A stretch of DNA of 60,319 nt, counting the filler. It is 3 parts of 3 records of this genome, joined end to end, with 100 filler letters (N's around TTAATTAATTAA, not from the genome) between each part and the next. Parts side by side here need not be neighbours in the genome. Positions count along the whole stretch, not along the records: positions 23,412 to 47,412 come from SRR22947727_31; 2 more parts are not named here. The stretch is one strand, 5' to 3'. Shown in pieces: positions 30,407 to 40,751 of the stretch. How positions within the stretch are numbered: the stretch's first letter is position 1; every line of letters starts with the position of its first letter. The notes under the pieces are model-generated. The model did not search any database. It had not been told where the DNA came from and was given only the letters and a program-made list of their open reading frames with translations. The position numbers and the translations under genes are program-made.

Positions 30407-31963
30407 TTATGAACTTTTTTGTTTAGTTAATAAATTAAAAAAAAATCTAAACAAAATAATGATTAAAAAGGTTTGAGGCATAGTTCTTATAATAAAAGAA
30501 ATCCATAAGTGAACTTCTGAAGCTGAGAAAAAATTAAAAACCCCCATTGAACTTGTGTAAAAAAAAATAATAATAAACGGACTTAAAATATTTTTTTTAT
30601 TGTCATAAAATGAGTCAAAGAATATAAAAATTGGTATAAAGCAAAAAAGTAAAATCACATAAAACCATAAGTCAAAAATAATAAATAATGTCATAAGTGC
30701 AGAGCCTATATTAAGTGTAGAACCTTGATAATCTAAATTACCATAAAGAAAACTTGCAGTAGAGAATGTTGTATATTTCAATTTATTAAAATTATTATCA
30801 AAAATTTTAATTATTGGATTAGGGATAATAGATATAATTTTATTTAATTGTATATCTTTAAGTAATTGAAGTTTTCTATAACTAATATTTTTTTTAACAT
30901 TAATAAAGTTATCATGAACTTTAATAATATTAATTCTATTAAAAAAGGAAATTGAATAGTTATTCTCACTATAAAGTTCATATACATTATACTTTTTATC
31001 ATTATATAAATTTTTTTTATTTGATGATGAAAATAAACTCTTTATAAATGAGTTTACATTTTGTATAGGACTTCTATCAAAATAATTCTGCCTTTCTAAT
31101 AAAAAATTGGTTGATAATTTCTCAAGATGATTTGAAAAAGGTAAAATTAAAAATAAAATTATAAAAAAAACAAAATAATTTTTTTTATTTAATTTAATTT
31201 TATATAAAAAAAATAGAAATAAAAAAATTAAAACTGTAAGTAAAAAAAAATCAAACAACATGGACCTATTATTTCTAGCAATTGCAATAAACATTAAAAG
31301 TATTAGATAGATTAATAAATAGAGATTATTTATTTTTAAAAAATTTTTACTTTGGAAACATTTATTAAATAAAATAATAATTGGAACATAAACAAGATAA
31401 TTTAGTCCATTTAAAAAATCTTTAAAAATAGATAAATCACCAGTGTTCTGAAGATAATAAGGTGTATTTAAATCGTAAATTAAAAATTTTGATAAAATTG
31501 CAATTAAAGATAAAAAATAAAAAAAATTTTTATTATTAAATTCAAAAAGATTTAATCTTATAAATAAAGATGTAAATTTATTTCTTAATTTATTTTTAAA
31601 ATCACTTTTTATATAAATTAAATGACTAAATATAATTATAAAGTTAAAAATAGTTAAGTTTAGAATAGTAGATAATGGATAATTAAGATTTAATGTAATT
31701 ACCGATATTTCAAAACTTTTCAAATAAAGAACACCACCTAAATTAATAAAATTTGAAAAAAAAATAATCATCAATGTTATAGGAGCATCAAAAAAATATT
31801 TTTTATTAAAACAGTAAAATGTTGTTATAACATTTGAAAATATTAATAAGGTTAAACAATAAAAATCATTAATATTATTTATTAAAAAAAGTTGAATTGA
31901 AAATGCAATAAAAGTTAAAAAAAGAATAAAATTTCTTGCAGTAATTAATTGTATAGAGTTCAA
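30407..31963 (-). CDS. Polytopic membrane protein, probable Wzy-like polymerase
   Basis: Roughly 11-13 hydrophobic segments, NNRS motif after a TM, large loop in the C-terminal half. Function inferred from context. Confidence 0.6.
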   Translation of the reverse strand: MNSIQLITARNFILFLTFIAFSIQLFLINNINDFYCLTLLIFSNVITTFYCFNKKYFFDAPITLMIIFFSNFINLGGVLYLKSFEISVITLNLNYPLSTILNLTIFNFIIIFSHLIYIKSDFKNKLRNKFTSLFIRLNLFEFNNKNFFYFLSLIAILSKFLIYDLNTPYYLQNTGDLSIFKDFLNGLNYLVYVPIIILFNKCFQSKNFLKINNLYLLIYLILLMFIAIARNNRSMLFDFFLLTVLIFLFLFFLYKIKLNKKNYFVFFIILFLILPFSNHLEKLSTNFLLERQNYFDRSPIQNVNSFIKSLFSSSNKKNLYNDKKYNVYELYSENNYSISFFNRINIIKVHDNFINVKKNISYRKLQLLKDIQLNKIISIIPNPIIKIFDNNFNKLKYTTFSTASFLYGNLDYQGSTLNIGSALMTLFIIFDLWFYVILLFCFIPIFIFFDSFYDNKKNILSPFIIIFFYTSSMGVFNFFSASEVHLWISFIIRTMPQTFLIIILFRFFFNLLTKQKSS

Positions 31964-32013
31964 AATATGTTGTTTAAAAATTATTATATATAATAAGTTA
32001 GATAAAAATATAA

Positions 32014-33042
32014 ATGAAAATATTATTTCTTGGAACTAAATTTGGTAATTCTTATCTACAATATAAAGCACTTAAAAGAGTATGCAACAATGTAGATTTT
32101 TTAGATGGTTATAATTGTTTTAAATTTAAACAAATAATTAAAACATTATTCGTTCATTTTAATCCTAAAATTTTTGAAAATAAAATAAATAGATATATTC
32201 TTAAAAATATAAAAAATAATTATGATTTGATTTATATTAAATCAGGTGAATTAATTGGAAAAAAATTAATTGATGAATTAAAAAAGAGAGCAAAAAAAAT
32301 AGTTTTTTTCTGTAATGATAATCCTTTTGTCTCGAGAGATAAAAACAAATGGAAACTTTTTTTAGAATCTGGGAAGTATTTTGATTTGATTGCTTTTCAA
32401 GATAAATCTAGAATTGCACTCTCTAAAAAATTTGGTATTAAAAAAACACTTTTAATATTGCCTCCATATGACGACAAAATACATATAGAACATAAAATTT
32501 CTAGATTATCAAAAAAAAAAATATCAAATGATGTTATATTTGTTGGTACTTGGTCAATCGAAAAAAGTCTATTTTTACAAAAATTAATTAAATTAGGATT
32601 AAATATCAAAATTTTTGGTTCTAGATGGGACAAAGACAAAAATTATAAAAAATTTAAAGAAAGAATATCAATCGGACACTTATATAATAAAGATTATGCC
32701 AAGATTATTCAATCTGCAAAAATTGCAATTTGTTTATTTGAAAAAAAAAACCTAGATACAATTACTGCTAGATCTATTGAGATCCCTGCTATTGGAACTT
32801 TTTTATGTTCTAAAAGAACAAAATCAATGGAAAAAATTTTTATTGAAAACAAAGAAGCAATTTTTTTTGATAATCCAACTGAATGTGTAAAGAAATGTAA
32901 GTATTATTTAAGTAATCCAAAAAAAAGAAATAATATATCTTCTATGGGGAAAAAAAAAATTACTAAAATTTTAAAACCTACAAACGTCAATCTTATTAAA
33001 AAAATAATAATAGAAGTTTTTAAAAATAAAAAAAATAAATGA
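32014..33042 (+). CDS. CgeB/YkvP-like glycosyltransferase
   Basis: DNPF, DVIFVGTW, IFGSRW, TARSIEIPAIG. Confidence 0.82.
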   Translation: MKILFLGTKFGNSYLQYKALKRVCNNVDFLDGYNCFKFKQIIKTLFVHFNPKIFENKINRYILKNIKNNYDLIYIKSGELIGKKLIDELKKRAKKIVFFCNDNPFVSRDKNKWKLFLESGKYFDLIAFQDKSRIALSKKFGIKKTLLILPPYDDKIHIEHKISRLSKKKISNDVIFVGTWSIEKSLFLQKLIKLGLNIKIFGSRWDKDKNYKKFKERISIGHLYNKDYAKIIQSAKIAICLFEKKNLDTITARSIEIPAIGTFLCSKRTKSMEKIFIENKEAIFFDNPTECVKKCKYYLSNPKKRNNISSMGKKKITKILKPTNVNLIKKIIIEVFKNKKNK

Positions 33043-34118
33043 AAATTAAATACTATCGTAATTTTGATCTTGATCGAAGACCTAGCATGAACCAATATGC
33101 AGATCAATTATTAAATTATCAATCTAAAATTTTTACTGATTATGAAATAAGTTTATTTAAACCTTCTGAAGATTATATTTCAAAAATTATTTTTTCTCAA
33201 AAATGGAAAGCAAGATATTTAAGATATATTTCATATTCTAGACAAATCAAAAAACTACCTAAACATGATATAGCTCACGTTTGTGATCAACAATATGCTC
33301 AAATTGTAAATTCATTAAATAGTAAAATTAAGTTTATAACGGTACATGATCTAGTGCCTTTAGTTTTTCAAAATATACTCAAAAAGAAAGCTTATTTAAG
33401 TATTCACTCACTTAAATACTTAAAATACTATACCAAAGTTTTTACAATTAGTGAAAATACAAAAAAAGATATAATTAAGTACACAGATTGTCATGAAGAT
33501 CAAATTATAGTTATAATGAGATCAGTTGAAAATTTTTTTAATGACTCTGCTATTGATAAAGAAAATATATGTCGTAAATATAATTTACCTTTTAATAAAA
33601 AGAAAATTTTAATAGCAGGTAATATATTTTATAAAAATATCCAAACATCTCTCGAAGTACTTAAAAAACTTAATCAACAAAGAAATGATGTTATTTTTAT
33701 TCAAATAGGAAGTAATAATGAAATTTCAGGAGAAAAAATTCATAATAACAATCTTTATAAAATACCATTTATCAAAAGAGATGAATTGCCTTCAATCTAT
33801 AAAATTTCTAATCTTTTATTTTATCCTTCTAAATACGAGGGTTTTGGAATGCCTTTATTAGAGGCAATGAGTTGTGGTTTGCCCGTTGTATGTAGCAATA
33901 ACTCCTCGATTCCAGAAGTAGTTGGTGATGCTGGCCTAATGTCTGATTGTAAAGATATAGATAGATTTATAAAAAACATATATTCCATTATTGATGATGA
34001 AATATTTTCCAATCAATTAAAAATAAAATCATTAGCTAGATCAAAAAATTTTAATAATGACAATTTTCATAAACGTTTAATAACTCATTACAAAAATGAA
34101 CTTAATAGAGCAACTTAA
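33039..34118 (+). CDS. GT4-family glycosyltransferase (MtfB-like)
   Basis: TVHDLVP, SENTKKD, YPSKYEGFGMPLLEAMSCGLPV, SIPEVVGDAG. Confidence 0.92.
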   Translation: MKIKYYRNFDLDRRPSMNQYADQLLNYQSKIFTDYEISLFKPSEDYISKIIFSQKWKARYLRYISYSRQIKKLPKHDIAHVCDQQYAQIVNSLNSKIKFITVHDLVPLVFQNILKKKAYLSIHSLKYLKYYTKVFTISENTKKDIIKYTDCHEDQIIVIMRSVENFFNDSAIDKENICRKYNLPFNKKKILIAGNIFYKNIQTSLEVLKKLNQQRNDVIFIQIGSNNEISGEKIHNNNLYKIPFIKRDELPSIYKISNLLFYPSKYEGFGMPLLEAMSCGLPVVCSNNSSIPEVVGDAGLMSDCKDIDRFIKNIYSIIDDEIFSNQLKIKSLARSKNFNNDNFHKRLITHYKNELNRAT

Positions 34119-35260
34119 TTTTTAAATAAAATATTATACAATTTGTTTTTATTAACTTTTAAATTATAATTTTCGTTAAAACATCTAATTGCATTTAATG
34201 ACATTAATTTCAACTCTTTGTCACTTAAATTATTAAAACTAATGAGACCTTTTATAATTCCATTTAAATTATTTTTAAAAACTATTCCTGATTTATATTT
34301 ATTTATTTCTCTATAAATATTTACTTTATTAGAAATTAAAATTGGTCTACAAACGCTCAAAGACTCTACTAACGAAACACCAAAATTTTCACTATGTGAT
34401 GGAAGAATCATGGCAGATGACTTTATCATTGCACCATATTTTAAATTATTATCAAGAATCTTTTTTGACAAAAAAACTTTTTCTTCCAGCTTATATTTTT
34501 TAACCATCAATCTAATTTTGTTTTTGTAAATATTTTCTGATCCTGCTAGAAATAAATTAAAGTTTAATTCTTTTTTAACTTTGTGATAAGCTTTTATCAA
34601 TAAATCACATCCTTTTTTTTCATGAAATCTTCCTAGAAAAAGTAAAGTTCTCTTATTTTTTAGTTCAGGATATCTTTCATTAAAAATTTTAAGTAATTTT
34701 TTTTTATTAATTTGTTTTTTAAATATTCCATATCCAGCAACTTTTTTTGTAATATTGTTAGTATTTACATAAGTATTACTTAATAGTTTTTTTTCAATTC
34801 CTGTTGTTAAAAGTATAGCTTTAGAGTCAATTAAATTTTTTTTTCCAACTAAAAACCAATAAATTTGTTTCTTAATTTTTTTTAAAAAATCATTCTTAAA
34901 ATATGGATCAAGAGTTCCATGAATATATACAAAGTATTTTTTTTTTAATAATAACCTTGATATCAAACTTCCATAAGTCCATACACCATCAACAATAAAG
35001 ACATCATAATTATATCTATTCTTAAGAAGCCATTTTGTTAGTTTAATACTAAAACCAAATTTACCTATTCCAGGACCCATATTTATAATCTTAATTTTAT
35101 TTGATCCTTGAAAAGATGAATTTTTACTATCCGAAGTTAATATTTCAATATCTACATTTTTTTCCAATAAATTCATTGAATTTTCTATTACAGAAGTGGC
35201 TATACCTCCATCTGCAGGATCAAGAGTATGTACTATCCTGAGAACTTTTTTATTTTTCAT
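34115..35260 (-). CDS. GT4-family glycosyltransferase (homologue of 57360-58514)
   Basis: HGTLDP, FLGRFHEKKG, LPSHSENFGVSLVESL. Confidence 0.92.
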   Translation of the reverse strand: MKNKKVLRIVHTLDPADGGIATSVIENSMNLLEKNVDIEILTSDSKNSSFQGSNKIKIINMGPGIGKFGFSIKLTKWLLKNRYNYDVFIVDGVWTYGSLISRLLLKKKYFVYIHGTLDPYFKNDFLKKIKKQIYWFLVGKKNLIDSKAILLTTGIEKKLLSNTYVNTNNITKKVAGYGIFKKQINKKKLLKIFNERYPELKNKRTLLFLGRFHEKKGCDLLIKAYHKVKKELNFNLFLAGSENIYKNKIRLMVKKYKLEEKVFLSKKILDNNLKYGAMIKSSAMILPSHSENFGVSLVESLSVCRPILISNKVNIYREINKYKSGIVFKNNLNGIIKGLISFNNLSDKELKLMSLNAIRCFNENYNLKVNKNKLYNILFKN

Positions 35261-35267
35261 TTATTAT

Positions 35268-35951
35268 TTATTTTTTTGCAGATTCTATTTTTTCGGAAAG
35301 AATAAAATCATCTATATTATCAATATCTATGGAATTTATCTTATCAACATTATAAAAGAAAAGTTTTTTACCTATTCGATTTTTCATCTTTATATAAGTT
35401 TTTGCTGATGTAAGGAATATTGTATTATTTATTTTATATAATTTTTTTAGTGTTTGAGTATTTGGCCAAAATGTTTTTTTAGGATTATAATTAAAAGGTT
35501 TTTTTTCATCAAAAATAAAATCTTGAACAACATTAGCACCCACTAAAGTATCGTATTCTTTGATTTTTTTTTTATAATCATCAATTGCATCTTTATAATT
35601 CTTTTCATCAAAAAAAGGACTCGTTACATGTGTCCAAAGAATATGATCATCTTTATTAAATAGTTTTGATGCATGACTAATAAGATCGTCAGTTTTTGTT
35701 TTACTAGAGGCTAATTTTTTAGGCCTAATATCTATTTTAATTTTATTTGATCTTAAATTTCTAGCATAACGAATTATTTTTAAGTCATCAGTTGATAGTA
35801 TTATTTGGTTAATCTCTTTTACTTTTAATAATTGTTTTAATTTCAACTCAACTAAACCAAACTTATATTTATGAAATTTTTTAATATTTTTATTTTTTAC
35901 TCTTTGGCTTCCAGATCTACACGGTAAAAAAGCTTTGACACTAATTCTCAT
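35268..35951 (-). CDS. Acylneuraminate (nonulosonate) cytidylyltransferase, NeuA-like
   Basis: PCRSGSQRVKNKN, ILSTDD, TSPF, SIDIDNIDDF. Confidence 0.88.
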   Translation of the reverse strand: MRISVKAFLPCRSGSQRVKNKNIKKFHKYKFGLVELKLKQLLKVKEINQIILSTDDLKIIRYARNLRSNKIKIDIRPKKLASSKTKTDDLISHASKLFNKDDHILWTHVTSPFFDEKNYKDAIDDYKKKIKEYDTLVGANVVQDFIFDEKKPFNYNPKKTFWPNTQTLKKLYKINNTIFLTSAKTYIKMKNRIGKKLFFYNVDKINSIDIDNIDDFILSEKIESAKK

Positions 35952-36004
35952 ATGAATTTTTACTTAAATATGTTATAATTAATTTAATTAATGAATAATA
36001 TATA

Positions 36005-36778
36005 ATGTTTTCTTTTAAAAACATAAAAATAAATAAAGCTCCTTTTCCACTTTTAATGATTGATAATTTTATTTCAAAAGAATCGTGTATTAAAATAAAG
36101 AATTCGATCTTACTTAATAAGAAATATGATGATTTGGTCATGAATGGTAGAAAAAGGATTAATAAAGGTTCTGATAATTTCAAAGTATTCATTAATAATA
36201 ACAAGGAAATTAAAAAGATGTATTATAATTTAAATAAAATTTCTTTTTTCAATAAAATAAATAAATATTTAGATCTTTATTTTAAAGACGATCACTGGAC
36301 GATGAAAAATAAAATCTTAAAATTTTCAAAAAAAAATTACGGGCTACAAAAAGGAAAAAAATTCACAAAAAGCTTTGATAAGATAAAGAAAAGAAATACT
36401 CTAAATTTAGATATTGATTTTTCATGTTCTGAGAATGGTTATTTTAGAGAAGCTCATAGAGATAGAGAAACTCGTGTGATAAATTTTTTACTTTATCTAA
36501 ATACAACAAAAGTTAAAGAGGGTGGTAAACTAGAAATATTTGATTTAAAAAAAAATAAATACAAATTATATTCAAGATTTCCATCAATGAAGCATATAGT
36601 TAAAAAATATAGTTTAAAGCCAGTTTCTTCAAGATTCATTTTTTTTAGATCAACTCCAAATTCTTATCATGGAGTATCAAAATTTAACTCTTTACATGGA
36701 AAAAGAGTTTTTTTATATGGGAGTTACTCTCTAAACAATAAAGTTAAATGGTCAAACAAACAGTCATTCCTTAAATGA
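36005..36778 (+). CDS. 2OG-Fe(II) oxygenase superfamily protein
   Basis: HRD...FLLYLN...GG.L...SYHGV...R (HxD...H triad plus 2OG-binding Arg). Confidence 0.82.
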   Translation: MFSFKNIKINKAPFPLLMIDNFISKESCIKIKNSILLNKKYDDLVMNGRKRINKGSDNFKVFINNNKEIKKMYYNLNKISFFNKINKYLDLYFKDDHWTMKNKILKFSKKNYGLQKGKKFTKSFDKIKKRNTLNLDIDFSCSENGYFREAHRDRETRVINFLLYLNTTKVKEGGKLEIFDLKKNKYKLYSRFPSMKHIVKKYSLKPVSSRFIFFRSTPNSYHGVSKFNSLHGKRVFLYGSYSLNNKVKWSNKQSFLK

Positions 36779-37630
36779 TTCTTCAAAATCTTTAAATTCA
36801 TAAGCATCGAAAATACCCTCTTTTGTTAAATTAAAAACTTTAACATCTGTTTTCTTAATTTTTTTACTCATTGCATGCCATTGTTTTATACCTCTAGAAG
36901 AAGTAATCATATCATTTGCATAAAGTAACGAATTATGTTCTTGGTAATCTTTATCTTTACCATCCCAATGACTATTTTCATTGCACATCAACTTTGCAAG
37001 CCCATTACCTTCTAGACCCATTATATTTATATCCTTTGATCCAAGATATATAGAAAGTGTTATTGCACATTCCATAACTGTACCACCAACAGAAATCATT
37101 TTTGTAATATCATGTTTGTATTTTCCATTTAGTAAAGAAACGTTGTTTAATTTTACCCAATAAAACTGAGAATTATTTCTAAATTTGCTAAATTTTTCTA
37201 AATAATACCAATTTGCATTAAGTATTATTTTTACTTCAGGAGATTTCTCTAAAATACTATCGATATAAGATATTGGCCATCTTCCATATGCTAACTTATT
37301 GTCAATAAATAAATGAAACTTAGGTGTTAATTTAGAATATTCTGGATGACTAAATGATCGATTTACCATTATTATATTTTTTGATCTCAATTTACTTATA
37401 TCATAATTATTTATAGAAGGTCCCATCCCTATAATATAAATCTTCTGATTTAGTAATATGTTTTTTAAAGATATATTTTTTTTTAAAAAGTAAAATCTAT
37501 TTGAAAGATAATAAAAAAAATAAAAATTAATGTTTTTTATTTGAATAATAATTTCTAATACAAAGTTCTCTATAAAAGATATTAAGTTGCTTAACTTATC
37601 ACGTCCATTGTTTATTGACTGATTTTTCAT
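36764..37630 (-). CDS. DUF115/Maf-like protein (candidate nonulosonate transferase)
   Basis: IYIIGMGPSI, IMVNR, TV...AI.L.IYLG.K.I.IMGLE, VFNLT..G pattern. Near the NeuA-like gene. Confidence 0.65.
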   Translation of the reverse strand: MKNQSINNGRDKLSNLISFIENFVLEIIIQIKNINFYFFYYLSNRFYFLKKNISLKNILLNQKIYIIGMGPSINNYDISKLRSKNIIMVNRSFSHPEYSKLTPKFHLFIDNKLAYGRWPISYIDSILEKSPEVKIILNANWYYLEKFSKFRNNSQFYWVKLNNVSLLNGKYKHDITKMISVGGTVMECAITLSIYLGSKDINIMGLEGNGLAKLMCNENSHWDGKDKDYQEHNSLLYANDMITSSRGIKQWHAMSKKIKKTDVKVFNLTKEGIFDAYEFKDFEESFKE

Positions 37631-37732
37631 ACTTAATATTTGTAAAATTTTCTATAAATGATTGCTATATTATATAAAATTTTTGTATATTTCAATTTTA
37701 GAGTAAGCAATGTATAATTTTATAATCAATAT

Positions 37733-38515
37733 ATGAACACTAAAAATAGAGTTATTAGAGAGAAAAAATCTCATGAAGAAGATGATATTTTAAAAGAAAG
37801 TTTTAAATTAAAAAACAAATTTAGACATATTACTTTGTATCCTGGTGTTCAAATATTAATGAAAAAATTTGAGAGTTTTTATGAAAATTCTTCAAATCTA
37901 GTTGTTTTGGACTTTGGTTGTGGCAAAGGTTTTGATAGTTTAAAATTATTAAAATCAGGTGCAACTGTATATGGAATTGATATTGCTGAAAATTATATTA
38001 AAGAGTCAATTGAACTTGCAAAAAAAAATGGATTTTCAGAAGATACATTTAAATTTCAAGTTATGGATGCACACCACCTTGAATTTGAAGATGATAAATT
38101 CGATTTAGTGATTGGAAATGGTATCCTTCATCATTTGGACAAAGAATTGGCAATTAAATCAATATATAAGGTATTAAAACCTGGGGGAAGATTGGTATTT
38201 AAAGAACCTTTAGCTGATAACCCATTATTAAAGATATTCAGATTATTAACACCTAAAGCAAGGACTATAGATGAAGAACCTTTTTCAAAAAAAGACCTTA
38301 AACATATGATTGATCCCAAACTATGGGAAACAAATGATATGTTTTTTTGTGGTATTTTATCCGCACCAATGGCAATGATCACTTCTATATTGCTACCTAA
38401 ATATCCAAATAATTTATTTTTAAAAATTACAAATTTTTTTGAAAAAAAATTAAATAAGTTTTATTTTTTTCAATCCTGGAATCAATACTGTTTAATAAAC
38501 TTAAAAAAAAAATAG
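37733..38515 (+). CDS. Class I SAM-dependent methyltransferase
   Basis: VLDFGCGKG, GIDI, VMDAH, GILHHL, VLKPGG. Confidence 0.92.
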   Translation: MNTKNRVIREKKSHEEDDILKESFKLKNKFRHITLYPGVQILMKKFESFYENSSNLVVLDFGCGKGFDSLKLLKSGATVYGIDIAENYIKESIELAKKNGFSEDTFKFQVMDAHHLEFEDDKFDLVIGNGILHHLDKELAIKSIYKVLKPGGRLVFKEPLADNPLLKIFRLLTPKARTIDEEPFSKKDLKHMIDPKLWETNDMFFCGILSAPMAMITSILLPKYPNNLFLKITNFFEKKLNKFYFFQSWNQYCLINLKKK

Positions 38516-39702
38516 TGTTAAAGATTATTATTCATGATTATGCTGGTCATCCATTTCAATTAGAACTTTCAAAACAATTATCAAAAAAATTCATAGTTTA
38601 TCATTTTTATTATCAAAATGATTATGGGCCAAAAGCAGATTTTAAAGATCATTTAAATGATAAACTTAAGATTAAAGGAATTGGCAAAAATATCAGTTAT
38701 GACAAAAATAATTTTATAACAAGATTTTTTAAAGATCTGGAATATGGAAAAGAAGTATCAAAACAAATTTCTGAAATTAAACCTGATATTGTTATATCTG
38801 GAAATTGTCCAACTCTAGCACAAGAATTAATAATCAAATCATGTCATAAGAATAATTCTAAATTCGTAATATGGGTGCAAGATTTTTATTCTCATGCAGT
38901 TAAGTTATTATTAAAAAAAAAGATTTCTTTTTTTTCTTATCCAATTTCATTTTTATTTGAATATTTAGAAAAAAAACAATTAAATCAAGCTGATAAGTTA
39001 ATAATTATTTCAAATAATTGGGTAAAAAAACTTTCATCATGGAATGTTGAAAACAAAAAAATTCATTATATTCCAAATTGGGGTGATATTAAAAATATCA
39101 AGTATTTAGAAAAAAAACCTACTTCTTTTTTAGATAAAAATTCTTTTGAAATTAATAAATTTAAAATAATTTATACTGGCACATTGGCTTTAAAACATAA
39201 TCCTAAAATAATTACTAATATTGCTATAAATAATAAAGATATTGATATTTTAGTTATCGGAGCTGGGTCAGGATTTCAAAAATTAAAAAATATGAAAAAT
39301 ATACCCTTAAATATAAAAATGTTACCTCTCCAGCCTTATAAAAAAATGAGTGATATTTTAAACTCTGCAGATGTTTTGCTTGGAATTTTAAGTAAAGATG
39401 CATCGAAATTTTCTGTTCCTTCCAAAATATTAAATTATCTTTGTGCGGGAAAACCGATTATACTTTCTGCACCAAAAGATAATTTAGCAGCAACTATAAT
39501 TAGTGAATCAAAATCTGGAAAAACATTTGAACCACAAGATTTAAACGGAGTAAATAATTTTTTAAAAATTTTGATGACTGACTCTACAATAAGACAAAAA
39601 TATTCATTAAATGCCAGAGATTATGCTGAAAATAATTTTAAAATTGAAAAAATATCATTAAAATTTGAAAATATAATAAATAATCTTAATATTAATAAAT
39701 GA
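38515..39702 (+). CDS. GT4-family glycosyltransferase (WbuB/WcaI-like)
   Basis: WVQD, IPNW, YTGTL..KH, SVPSKILNYLCAGKPI. GTG start. Confidence 0.88.
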   Translation: MLKIIIHDYAGHPFQLELSKQLSKKFIVYHFYYQNDYGPKADFKDHLNDKLKIKGIGKNISYDKNNFITRFFKDLEYGKEVSKQISEIKPDIVISGNCPTLAQELIIKSCHKNNSKFVIWVQDFYSHAVKLLLKKKISFFSYPISFLFEYLEKKQLNQADKLIIISNNWVKKLSSWNVENKKIHYIPNWGDIKNIKYLEKKPTSFLDKNSFEINKFKIIYTGTLALKHNPKIITNIAINNKDIDILVIGAGSGFQKLKNMKNIPLNIKMLPLQPYKKMSDILNSADVLLGILSKDASKFSVPSKILNYLCAGKPIILSAPKDNLAATIISESKSGKTFEPQDLNGVNNFLKILMTDSTIRQKYSLNARDYAENNFKIEKISLKFENIINNLNINK

Positions 39703-40721
39703 GCAATATTGTTATTTTTGGCGGCTCAGGTTTTATAGGTTTGCATTTTATTGAACACTTATTAATCAATAGAAATTTCAATTGTATTTACTCAGTTGAT
39801 ATTAAAGAACCAGTAGAAGCATTTAGAATAAATCAATATAAAAAACTAAAAAATAACAAAAAAATTATCTTTATTAAAAAAGATATTAAAGATTCTCTAA
39901 TAGAATTGAATATTAAAAATGTTGATTTAATTGTTGATTTTGCAGCTGTACATAAAGAACCAGGTCATAATGAAAATGAATACTATGATACTAATGTTAA
40001 CGGTTCAAAAAATATTTGTGAATTTGCTAAACATGTAGATTGTAAAAATATAATTTTTACTAGTTCTATTTCAGTATATGGAATTGGAGATCATAAAAAA
40101 AATGAAAATACTGAACCCAATCCTTCTACCCCTTATGGAAAATCAAAATTAATTGCAGAAAAAAATTATTTAAATTGGCAAAATGATAATCCAAAAATAA
40201 GATTTCTTACTATTTGTAGACCAGGTGTAGTTTTTGGTCCTGGAGAAAATGGAAACGTAACTAGATTGATTAAAGCTATTAAAAAAAGAATTTTTTTTTA
40301 TATGGGTAATAAAAAATTAAAAAAAGGTGGAATTTACATTAAAGAATTAGTTAATACTTTAACTTGGTTTAATAATAATCAAATAACACAAAAATTTAAC
40401 AATGTAGAACTTTACAATGCTACTTTTTACCCCTGTCCTACTATTTATGATTTTGTAACCTCTATATCAAATATAATTGAAATTAAAAATAATCACTTTG
40501 AGTTACCTAAGAATCTAATAAAATTTCTAATATTCTTATCATCTTTTATTACAAAGAATTTAGATGCAAAAAGCAACTATCACTATAAACGTTTAAATAA
40601 ATTGTTTGTTTCTAACTTTATAAAACCAGATATATTGTTAAAAAATAATTATAAATATTTATATAATTTGGAGTCCTCTTTACTTGACTGGAAAAAAACT
40701 AATAGCTCAGACTGGGATTGA
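39699..40721 (+). CDS. NAD-dependent nucleotide-sugar epimerase/dehydratase
   Basis: GGSGFIG, FTSSISVYG, YGKSK, RPGVVFGPG. Confidence 0.92.
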   Translation: MSNIVIFGGSGFIGLHFIEHLLINRNFNCIYSVDIKEPVEAFRINQYKKLKNNKKIIFIKKDIKDSLIELNIKNVDLIVDFAAVHKEPGHNENEYYDTNVNGSKNICEFAKHVDCKNIIFTSSISVYGIGDHKKNENTEPNPSTPYGKSKLIAEKNYLNWQNDNPKIRFLTICRPGVVFGPGENGNVTRLIKAIKKRIFFYMGNKKLKKGGIYIKELVNTLTWFNNNQITQKFNNVELYNATFYPCPTIYDFVTSISNIIEIKNNHFELPKNLIKFLIFLSSFITKNLDAKSNYHYKRLNKLFVSNFIKPDILLKNNYKYLYNLESSLLDWKKTNSSDWD

Positions 40722-40751
40722 TTGGTATTTAACTTATAACTTCAAGTAATT

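Noticed and set aside
31981-31996. Perfect 16-bp palindrome TTATTATATATAATAA in a divergent spacer
   Set aside because: Pure A/T low-complexity sequence in a very AT-rich region. It could be an operator but cannot be told from chance.
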